Source: an uncultured Veillonellaceae bacterium (GTDB lineage Bacteria > Bacillota > Negativicutes > Veillonellales > Veillonellaceae). Taken from it: a stretch of DNA of 24,000 nt. This document shows positions 6,280-12,108 of this stretch, piece after piece; within the stretch, counting starts at the first letter, position 1, and each line of letters begins with the position of its first letter. The stretch lies in NCBI GenBank assembly GCA_945867815.1, contig CAMBIX010000005.1:123821-147820 (forward strand). The letters are read 5' to 3'. A model generated the notes under the pieces. The model was given only the letters and a program-made list of their open reading frames with translations, did no database searches and had not been told where the DNA came from. The position numbers were made by a program, and so were the translations under genes.

Positions 6280-6660
6280 TTAAGCTCCAAACGTTTCTTC
6301 CCAAATATTTTGCTTTTTTTGTCTTTGCAGCTGGCTATTTTCACTGAGCGGAAGACTTACCCGTCTAACCAACACTTGCATGAATTCGTGTTCTGTGCCG
6401 TCTTTTCGCTTGTATTTATTTCGCTTCAAAGCCCCTTCCACTCGTAGTTGCAGCCCTTTACTACAACCTGTTAGCATTTCAGCTAGTTTTCCAAAAGCCA
6501 CACAGTTTAAAAAAATGAGATTTCGTTCTTTCCATTCCCCTGTTTCATCTTTGTATTTGTCACTAGCCGCTATAGTAAACTGTGCATACGGCTTACCATT
6601 TTTAGTGTATTTCAGCACAACATCTCTTACATTACGCCCTTCTAGCTCAATTTTGTTCAC
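6280..6660 (-). CDS. ssb: Single-stranded DNA-binding protein (short OB-fold SSB)
   Basis: MNKIELEGRNVRDVVLKYTKNGKPYAQFTIAAS...NLIFLNCVAFGKLAEML...LQLRVEGALKRNKYKRKDGTEHEFMQVLV follows the SSB OB-fold pattern. GTG start. The C-terminus ends in WEETFGA rather than the canonical DDDIPF. Confidence 0.9.
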   Translation of the reverse strand: MNKIELEGRNVRDVVLKYTKNGKPYAQFTIAASDKYKDETGEWKERNLIFLNCVAFGKLAEMLTGCSKGLQLRVEGALKRNKYKRKDGTEHEFMQVLVRRVSLPLSENSQLQRQKKQNIWEETFGA

Positions 6661-6662
6661 GC

Positions 6663-6806
6663 TTATCTTCTCCCTAAAATCCGTACGTACTTTAAACCCT
6701 TCTTGTCTTTAATCCAGTCAGTATCTACTTTTTCTTTGCTCAATTCATTGCTTTTTAATGCTACACAAATTGTTTTCGCCGATATGGCTTTCTTTTCATC
6801 TTCCAT
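6663..6806 (-). CDS. Hypothetical 47-aa protein
   Basis: MEDEKKAISAKTICVALKSNELSKEKVDTDWIKDKKGLKYVRILGRR. SD AGGAG lies about 9 nt upstream. The stop is 2 nt before the ssb GTG start. Below the ORF-track cutoff. Confidence 0.4.
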   Translation of the reverse strand: MEDEKKAISAKTICVALKSNELSKEKVDTDWIKDKKGLKYVRILGRR

Positions 6807-6906
6807 TTTCCATCAACTCCTAATCTTGATTTATAATGTTTATTTTCTTATTTTGCGTTCTAAGGCTTTTATTTTGTATTACATGAGGAATCGTACCTAA
6901 ATTATG

Positions 6907-6935
6907 CAAAAAGCTCTAAAAGAGCTAAAATTTTT
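6907..6935. terminator. Weak hairpin between the XRE gene and the downstream small ORF
   Basis: AGCTCT (6912-6917), aaa, AGAGCT (6921-6926), flanked by A-runs and T-runs. The stem is only 6 bp. Confidence 0.25.
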
Positions 6936-6973
6936 AATTTTATCGCTATGTTTTATAAAAAGGTTGCCGTAAA

Positions 6974-7171
6974 TTATGAGCAAACCCAAATTTCGCTGAT
7001 TTTTTTGTCATAAAGCCTTGAAAACAAAATTGCTTCCTTTACCGTCGCTTTTAACCGCCCTTCTTCAATATCCTGAACGTGTTCTAATGGTATTTGAGTA
7101 ATCCTAGAAACCTCTTCTAGGCTCAGCTTTTTTTCTTCCCTAATTCGCTTCATTGTGTTGTAAATTGTCAT
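6974..7171 (-). CDS. XRE-family HTH transcriptional regulator
   Basis: MKRIREEKKLSLEEVSRITQIPLEHVQDIEEGR is a classic HTH_3 pattern. SD GGAGG lies 6 nt before the ATG at 7171. Overlaps the 3' end of the loader gene by 32 nt. Confidence 0.8.
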   Translation of the reverse strand: MTIYNTMKRIREEKKLSLEEVSRITQIPLEHVQDIEEGRLKATVKEAILFSRLYDKKISEIWVCS

Positions 7172-7841
7172 GTGTTTCCTCCTCTAAAAATCGAAGTGGT
7201 TTACGCTGTGACTCGCCTTGGCAATTAACGATATAACAGCAATGGCTAATCCGATCTAGCATACTGGCCATATACCCAGCTTTTGTAATATCTCCTCGCA
7301 AGAGGTTTGTTGTGTATATAGTCGCTTTCTTAGCGTTGTATCGCTCGTTAACGATGGCTCGTATCTTCGTCTTAATCCAGCTGTCTTCTTTTCCATGCTC
7401 TTGTCCTAAATCGTCTAAGACAAGAAGCTGAACGGTAGATAGCTTTTGTTGCAGCTTCGCCCGCTCTTCTTCGCCAAGAGAAAAGAAGTCATCCATAAGA
7501 TTAACAAGAGAGACGAAATACACCGACAGTCCCTGTTTCATCGCTTCTCTCATAATAGCCACCGCAAAAGTGGTTTTCATAGTTCCTACCCCACCTCGAA
7601 AAATGATACCTTCGCCACGGTCTACGTGTTCTTTAAGCTTATCTGTATACGCCTTACTGGCTTTTAGAACAGGCTTTAGGCTATTAGGTATACCTAATTC
7701 TTCAACCGTTTTAAACGTATAGCCGGCAAAGCGGGTAGGAATACCTACAAGCTCGCAGGCCGTTTTCTTAGGCTTTTCAGGGCCGATGTAATACGGCTCT
7801 TCATAAATCGGCTTATAAAAGCTAGTAGAGCTGGTCGTCAT
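7140..7841 (-). CDS. DnaC/IstB-like AAA+ helicase-loader protein
   Basis: Walker A-like GGVGTMKTT, Walker B LLVLDDLGQE, then IVNERYNAKKATIYTTNL, as in the DnaC/DnaI/IstB family. The start is placed at the ATG at 7841 (MTTSS). The upstream part of the 288-aa track ORF overlaps the organizer gene and is treated as non-coding. Confidence 0.8.
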   Translation of the reverse strand: MTTSSTSFYKPIYEEPYYIGPEKPKKTACELVGIPTRFAGYTFKTVEELGIPNSLKPVLKASKAYTDKLKEHVDRGEGIIFRGGVGTMKTTFAVAIMREAMKQGLSVYFVSLVNLMDDFFSLGEEERAKLQQKLSTVQLLVLDDLGQEHGKEDSWIKTKIRAIVNERYNAKKATIYTTNLLRGDITKAGYMASMLDRISHCCYIVNCQGESQRKPLRFLEEETHDNLQHNEAN

Positions 7842-8673
7842 TTGCCCAACTATCGTCTTTATCGGCAATAGTTGATTTGCTTCGTTTTTCTCCTGCAAGA
7901 TTAAACCACTCCTTATTTCCAGTAATCGTTTTAAGCAAATATGTAGGAGGTGCTGCTTCAGTAAAATTTGCCGCATATTTAATGACCGAAGCAATTGTTT
8001 CCGCACCGTAGTGATTAAAAAGCGTATTTAACTGCAATTCCGTATTTTTACCATAACTTATTTTGGGGAAACTTGATTTATAAAGCTTAATAATATCTGC
8101 CAGAGACAGTTTAGAATCAGATGCTTCTATATTATTTCTTACTCTTATTCTGTCTCTTATATCTAAGTCTAAATTTAACTCTAATTCTGACTCTAATTCT
8201 GATTCTAATTCTAATTCTGTGTCACGTTTTGTAACAGGCTGTAACACAGGTGTCACAATGTGACGCTCATCAATTTGTTTCACATCAGACGAAGCCAGTT
8301 TTTCCTTATCTTTTTTACGTTTTTCTCGCATTCTGCGAGCTGAGTCTGTTTCACGACCAGTCATCTCAAGTGCTTGTGGAAACAATAAGTTACCGCTATC
8401 TACTAAAGTTTTGACCATTTCATATTTTTGACAAAAGGCTAAAACCATTTTTATTACTTTGGAATCTTCATTAATGATTAACGCTAGTTCTTCACTGACG
8501 TCATCTTCAATGCCATCTATTTCGATGATGCCGCTATTTAAAGCGGCTTCACTTAAGAGCCTTTGATAGACGATGACACAAGAGTCACCACCTGGCAACT
8601 GTCTCATTTTCTTAATGAGTTTTTTCTCAAAAAAATCTTTTGGCAATTTCAGCCAGATATAAACTTTTGCCAA
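7822..8673 (-). CDS. Phage-type replisome organizer (N-terminal domain) with a DnaD-like C-terminal region
   Basis: The N-terminus YIWLKLPKDFFEKKLIKKMRQLPGGDSCVIVYQRLL matches the phage replisome organizer N-domain pattern. An acidic repeat linker is present. The C-terminus LNTLFNHYGAETIASVIKYAA is DnaD-like. TTG start with SD GAGG. Confidence 0.8.
   Translation of the reverse strand: MAKVYIWLKLPKDFFEKKLIKKMRQLPGGDSCVIVYQRLLSEAALNSGIIEIDGIEDDVSEELALIINEDSKVIKMVLAFCQKYEMVKTLVDSGNLLFPQALEMTGRETDSARRMREKRKKDKEKLASSDVKQIDERHIVTPVLQPVTKRDTELELESELESELELNLDLDIRDRIRVRNNIEASDSKLSLADIIKLYKSSFPKISYGKNTELQLNTLFNHYGAETIASVIKYAANFTEAAPPTYLLKTITGNKEWFNLAGEKRSKSTIADKDDSWANDDQLY
8162..8221. repeat. Ten tandem hexamers (TCTRAN) inside the replisome organizer gene; candidate origin iterons
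   Basis: tctaag tctaaa tttaac tctaat tctgac tctaat tctgat tctaat tctaat tctgtg. These encode ELELESELESELELNLDLD on the minus strand. Confidence 0.7.
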
Positions 8674-8689
8674 TCCAAATACCTCATTT

Positions 8690-8842
8690 CTATTTTTTAT
8701 TCTTATTTTTATTATTGATAATATTTATCAATAACTTATCGTTATAATATGTAATTTTTCCAGTTTTTCTATTAACCATCGCCTTTATTTTTTTGTTAAC
8801 CTTAAATTTTTTATTAACTAAATTAAATTCTTCTATTTCCAA
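8690..8842 (-). CDS. Possible 50-aa lysine/asparagine-rich protein (TTG start)
   Basis: SD AGGAG lies 7 nt before the TTG at 8842. Translation: EIEEFNLVNKKFKVNKKIKAMVNRKTGKITYYNDKLLINIINNKNKNKK. Very AT-rich, so chance ORF maintenance is plausible. Confidence 0.25.
   Translation of the reverse strand: MEIEEFNLVNKKFKVNKKIKAMVNRKTGKITYYNDKLLINIINNKNKNKK
8712..8734. promoter_or_regulatory. Perfect 10-3-10 palindrome upstream of the replisome organizer gene
   Basis: TTATTGATAA tat TTATCAATAA. Each arm resembles a DnaA box (TTATCAATA versus TTATCCACA, 7/9). Confidence 0.4.
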
Positions 8843-8875
8843 AGCATCGCTCCTTATGTATTATTAAAGATGAGG

Positions 8876-9091
8876 TTATTTATAACCCCATAACTGATAC
8901 TTGCTTAGGCCGGTAATTTTAGAAATGGCGGTTTCTATATAATTACTACGGCTTTCCGCGTTAATTACTCTGTGCAGCGACGTATCACTACGTTTCAGTT
9001 CACCAGCTAGCTGGTGAACTGAATATCCTTTATATTTGAGCAAGGCCTTAATTGCCTTGCCATTATTTAATTTTAATTTTTCAGTGTACAT
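8876..9091 (-). CDS. Ner/Nlp-like (Cro-type) small HTH DNA-binding protein
   Basis: IKALLKYKGYSVHQLAGELKRSDTSLHRVIN...ISKITGLSKYQLWGYK parallels the Ner family layout (IxAaLrkrGtSLaaLs...LsnaL....IAkaLGvxPxeIWPSRY). First gene of the leftward operon, divergent from the cI-like genes. Confidence 0.65.
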   Translation of the reverse strand: MYTEKLKLNNGKAIKALLKYKGYSVHQLAGELKRSDTSLHRVINAESRSNYIETAISKITGLSKYQLWGYK

Positions 9092-9156
9092 TCTATTCCT
9101 TCCATTTTTTTCTCCTTTACTTTCTAATTTATTTAACCGTTAAACTTTCTATAATT

Positions 9157-9185
9157 ATTATAGAACTAATTTTAGTTCATTACAA
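9157..9185 (-). promoter_or_regulatory. Candidate leftward promoter of the Ner-like/replication/excision operon
   Basis: On the minus strand: TTGTAA (9185-9180), a 17-nt spacer, then TATAAT (9162-9157). The spacer is exactly the O1 palindrome. Confidence 0.5.
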
Positions 9186-9208
9186 GTGTTTTATAACTAT
9201 TTTTAGTT
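9163..9208. promoter_or_regulatory. Two related palindromic operator candidates (O1, O2)
   Basis: O1 is AACTAATTTTAGTT (9164-9177; the full 7-2-7 palindrome is GAACTAA tt TTAGTTC). O2 is AACTATTTTTAGTT (9195-9208), one base different. Their centres are 31 bp apart. An adjacent 7-1-7 palindrome CTATAATTATTATAG (9149-9163) carries TATAAT on both strands. Confidence 0.5.
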
Positions 9209-9246
9209 TTATTTTGCAATGTTTTTTACCTAAAGGATGTGAATAC

Positions 9247-9579
9247 ATGCCCTCAATCATCCAACGTATCTATCAACTATTAGAGGCTAAGAGTCTATCT
9301 GCTACCTCCTTGGCTAACCACTTGGGACTCCGCCAAAGCACAGTTTCAGGCTGGAAATTACGTGATAAAAACCCTCCTTCCGAACTAATCGTACCTATTG
9401 CCAACTATCTTGATGTATCGCCTTATTTACTGCTTACTGGCAAAGAACATCCTTTTATTAACAGCCTCCTTTCTAATGATGAACAACAGTTATTAAGCTA
9501 TTATCGTAAAGCTTCTGTCGAAGGCAGAACCATGATATTGCTTGCTGCTGTTCGTGAAATAGAACGTGGTTCTAAGTAA
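9247..9579 (+). CDS. XRE/cI-like HTH repressor (paralog 1)
   Basis: RIYQLLEAKSLSATSLANHLGLRQSTVSGWKLRDKNPPSELIVPIANYLDVSPYLLLTG is an HTH_3 pattern. C-terminal LSNDEQQLLSYYRKASVEGRTMILLAAVREIE. The start is placed at the ATG at 9247 (SD AAAGGA). The 9052 start in the ORF track gives a low-complexity extension across the promoter region. Confidence 0.85.
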   Translation: MPSIIQRIYQLLEAKSLSATSLANHLGLRQSTVSGWKLRDKNPPSELIVPIANYLDVSPYLLLTGKEHPFINSLLSNDEQQLLSYYRKASVEGRTMILLAAVREIERGSK

Positions 9580-9678
9580 TTAAATATAACTGTTAATTTT
9601 TACATAATTATTATACAACAAATGTTATTTAATGTAAATAGATAATATAAAATAAGTTATCTATTTTAGGTGATTATA

Positions 9679-10098
9679 ATGGATTCTATAAATGAACGCC
9701 TATTTTCTTTATTAAAGGCCAAAAATTTAAAAATAAAAAACTTAGCTAACTCTATAGGAATAAATCAAGCTAATATTTCTATGTGGAAAGCCCGTAATAC
9801 CGATCCACCGGCTAAATATATCGCCCCCATTGCCGAATTCTTAGGCGTTACTCCAGAATACTTACTTACCGGCAATCATAAGTACATGCCTCTACAGGCA
9901 GCTTATATACAGTCTTCAGCCTCTCCCCCACCGAACCTAACAGACGAAGAAACACTACTATTGACCAATTACCAAAAATTAAGCCTTATTGATAGAGTAA
10001 AAGTACGAGGGCTCACTATAGAGCTCCTCAGAGCCCAAGAAAACGCTGCTGATTTAGATACTAAAAAACACCCCATCCAAAAAGGACAGGGTGCCTAA
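9679..10098 (+). CDS. XRE/cI-like HTH repressor (paralog 2)
   Basis: RLFSLLKAKNLKIKNLANSIGINQANISMWKARNTDPPAKYIAPIAEFLGVTPEYLLTG has the same architecture as 9247-9579, including C-terminal LTDEETLLLTNYQKLSLIDRVKVRGLTIELL. SD AGGTG lies 6 nt before the ATG at 9679. Confidence 0.85.
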   Translation: MDSINERLFSLLKAKNLKIKNLANSIGINQANISMWKARNTDPPAKYIAPIAEFLGVTPEYLLTGNHKYMPLQAAYIQSSASPPPNLTDEETLLLTNYQKLSLIDRVKVRGLTIELLRAQENAADLDTKKHPIQKGQGA

Positions 10099-10126
10099 TA
10101 TTGCCATTTAGAAAGGAGTAAAAACA

Positions 10127-10783
10127 ATGTTTAAAAATGTAATAGAAAAAACAGGAAATAAACTTACTAACTATGCACGCAGAGGAGAAATGGTTGAGAA
10201 CCGTATTTCTGAAGAAGCCTTTGAAAAACGCCCCTATGTTTTAGATAACCTAGCAGAAGCTTTGGTTTACGACACGTTATACTGGATTTTTAAAGTAAAT
10301 AAATTAAACATTCATATTTTCCCACAAGTGCACTTGTCTTCGCTAATCAAACCTAAAAAAGACTTACCTAAAGAAGACCAACGAAGCTTATATTTTGAAG
10401 CAGCTAAATTAAGTGTAGATTTTGTTCTTGTCTCTGGCAACACAGTAAACGGCGACTATTTAAAGACACTTTGTATTATAGAGCTAGATGGCGAATCACA
10501 TAAGAATTCTTGGAAACAGCAAAAAGACAAAAGCCGAAACTATAAGCTAAACGGTTTTGAAATACCTATTTTACGTATCACAGATGATGAGCTACAGCCG
10601 TACCTAGATAAAGTAAAAAATAACGCTAGAAATAATAAAGGCAAAGAACCTGTTGATATATTCCCTTTCCAATCTAAAGAAGATAAAGAAGCTAAAATGC
10701 AATTACAGAATAAATTATTTGATAAGCTAAAAGCCAAAATCTCTCAAAGTGATTTCGATAAATTGAAAGCTAAATCAAACTAA
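10127..10783 (+). CDS. DUF2726-like protein (PD-(D/E)xK nuclease-related fold)
   Basis: IFPQVHLSSLI...LSVDFVLVS......LCIIELDGESH....QQKDKSRNYKLNGFEIPILRI matches the DUF2726 core (pqVxlxxli...vDFvlxd...pxxxIElDgxsH....rxxrDxxxxxxlxxaGipxlRi). SD AAGGAG. Confidence 0.7.
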   Translation: MFKNVIEKTGNKLTNYARRGEMVENRISEEAFEKRPYVLDNLAEALVYDTLYWIFKVNKLNIHIFPQVHLSSLIKPKKDLPKEDQRSLYFEAAKLSVDFVLVSGNTVNGDYLKTLCIIELDGESHKNSWKQQKDKSRNYKLNGFEIPILRITDDELQPYLDKVKNNARNNKGKEPVDIFPFQSKEDKEAKMQLQNKLFDKLKAKISQSDFDKLKAKSN

Positions 10784-10975
10784 CGGACTAAGTGATTATG
10801 AAGTTGGCGGACAGTGCTAGTCTAGCGCAGTCTGACTAATACTGTATGACCAACTGTAGCAACCAACCAACGGGCGGGCGGTAGTAAGGCTCCTCCTTAA
10901 AAGTGTTATATATCACCGACAAATATTGACTTCTACGTTAAACTATGTTAAAGGCATTTTAAAGGAGGATTTATC

Positions 10976-11428
10976 ATGAACAAATACCCAATTATGGAAA
11001 TCGCTAATTGGTTTTTGTCCAAAGAGGCCATGACTCATAAGAAAATTCAAAAGCTAACATATTATGCTGAAGCGTGGAGCCAAGCTTTATACGATACAGG
11101 AATTATTAGCGATTCACATTTTGAAGCTTGGGCACATGGCCCTGTATCACCTGATTTATATAAACATTTCAAACAATACGGTTGGAACAAAATAGAACAA
11201 GTAAAAGAGGCTCCCAAAGTAGACGAAGAAGCAGATGAATTATTAAGCTCTGTCTGGATTACCTATGGAAATAAAAGTGCTAATGAATTAGAAGTTTTAA
11301 CACATTCAGAAAGCCCCTGGCAACAAGCTCGAGCAAAAAACAATTGTCAAGATGGAGATCATTCAACAGAATATATTTTGCCAAAAGATATGGCTGCTTA
11401 TTACCGCAGCATTTATATAGGCGACTAA
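10976..11428 (+). CDS. Panacea-domain (DUF4065, SocA/GepA-like) antitoxin-type protein
   Basis: IANWFLSKEAMTHKKIQKLTYYAEAWSQALYDTGIISDSHFEAWAHGPVSPDLYKHFKQYG matches the DUF4065 signature (lKLQKLLYYAqgwxLaxxgxpLFxexfeAWxhGPVxpxvYxxyk). SD AGGAGG. Confidence 0.85.
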   Translation: MNKYPIMEIANWFLSKEAMTHKKIQKLTYYAEAWSQALYDTGIISDSHFEAWAHGPVSPDLYKHFKQYGWNKIEQVKEAPKVDEEADELLSSVWITYGNKSANELEVLTHSESPWQQARAKNNCQDGDHSTEYILPKDMAAYYRSIYIGD

Positions 11429-11432
11429 ATAA

Positions 11433-11834
11433 ATGTATAAAATAAAACCAACACCACTGACTAATGAGAGTACGATTTCTCAAAGAGGTATTCCTTTAGT
11501 TAGAACACAAAATAAGCGTTTTAGATTAACGATATCTATCAATCTTGATAAAAACTATTGTTTTCAAAAATTAAATAAAGAAGATTTAAAACAGTTAGAT
11601 AATTTTATATCCGAAACAGTTGGTAAAGACTTGTCTATTTCAGAAGTAGATACGTTATTTTTGCGAAATAAAGGGCCTGTAAAAACATCAGAAACAATAA
11701 AAGGAAAGAAGAGAGATGTAGTGCATTACGGGAAAGATAAGAAAGCTTTTAGAATACATGGCTTTTATAACGATGATGGTTATTTTGTAATTTATCAAAT
11801 TGACGCTAAACATAAAAAGCATAAGCAAAAATAG
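11433..11834 (+). CDS. Hypothetical 133-aa protein; candidate toxin partner of the Panacea-domain protein
   Basis: The start lies 4 nt after the upstream stop with no independent SD, which suggests coupling. A basic protein ending in RDVVHYGKDKKAFRIHGFYNDDGYFVIYQIDAKHKKHKQK. Family not recognised. Confidence 0.6.
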   Translation: MYKIKPTPLTNESTISQRGIPLVRTQNKRFRLTISINLDKNYCFQKLNKEDLKQLDNFISETVGKDLSISEVDTLFLRNKGPVKTSETIKGKKRDVVHYGKDKKAFRIHGFYNDDGYFVIYQIDAKHKKHKQK

Positions 11835-11911
11835 CTTGCTATATAATAAAATTAAAAGTATGAAAGTTTTTCTGTAAATTAAATAATATAAGGTCTTCTA
11901 AAATTTATATT

Positions 11912-11940
11912 TTGACAATTACTTTTAATTGCTATATACT
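11912..11940 (+). promoter_or_regulatory. Strong sigma70/sigmaA-type promoter of the ToxI-like repeat array
   Basis: TTGACA (11912-11917), a 17-nt spacer, then TATACT (11935-11940). The predicted TSS falls at the start of repeat 1. Confidence 0.7.
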
Positions 11941-11949
11941 TAATGTTAT

Positions 11950-12057
11950 AAAAGCGGTTAGCCTATCCAACCAAAATAGGAGTAAAAAAGCGGTTAGCCT
12001 ATCCAACCAAAATAGGAGCAAAAAAGCGGTTAGCCTATCCAACCAAAATAGGAGCAA
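11950..12057 (+). ncRNA. toxI: Type III antitoxin RNA (ToxI/antiQ-like): three tandem 36-nt repeats
   Basis: The unit AAAAGCGGTTAGCCTATCCAACCAAAATAGGAG(T/C)AA starts at 11950, 11986 and 12022, an exact 36-nt period. The only difference is T versus C at 11983. Each unit contains CCTAT/ATAGG pairing and an AAAAT motif. A 5-nt partial fourth unit follows. The array lies between a promoter and a terminator, directly upstream of the toxN-like gene. Confidence 0.85.
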
Positions 12058-12065
12058 AAAAGTAA

Positions 12066-12098
12066 AAGGAAGGGCGCACCCCTTCCTTTCTTTTTTTT
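12066..12098 (+). terminator. Intrinsic terminator between the repeat array and the toxN-like gene
   Basis: AAGGAAGGG (12066-12074), loop CGCAC, CCCTTCCTT (12080-12088), then TCTTTTTTTT. The arrangement matches the ToxIN architecture, in which the terminator limits toxin transcription. Confidence 0.8.
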
Positions 12099-12108
12099 AG
12101 GAGAGTTT

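Noticed and set aside
6380-6900. Plus-strand ORFs 6380-6712 and 6703-6900
   Set aside because: They are antisense to ssb and to the small upstream ORF. Their translations are Ser/Phe/Leu-rich shadows.
7842-8006. First 55 codons of the 288-aa ORF (DnaC-like)
   Set aside because: This part overlaps the 3' end of the replisome organizer gene in another frame and has no family similarity. The ATG at 7841 gives a standard loader length.
9052-9246. N-terminal extension of the 175-aa ORF
   Set aside because: The extension is a Phe/Leu/Ile-rich translation of AT-rich promoter and operator DNA, and it overlaps the divergent gene start. The ATG at 9247 gives a normal XRE protein.
10815-10845. tRNA-like D-arm resemblance (TAGCGCAGTCTGAC)
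   Set aside because: There is no closing D-stem, no T-arm GTTCRANYC motif and no acceptor pairing, so it is not a tRNA.
11950-12057. Possible CRISPR array (36-nt direct repeats)
   Set aside because: The repeats are directly abutting with no spacers. There are only three units and no cas genes. The ToxIN architecture fits instead.
11912-12100. 62-aa ORF (…KAVSLSNQNRSKKAVSLSNQNRSK…)
   Set aside because: It is simply the translation of the three 36-nt ToxI-like repeats. It starts inside the promoter and has no SD. The RNA-antitoxin interpretation explains the periodicity better.
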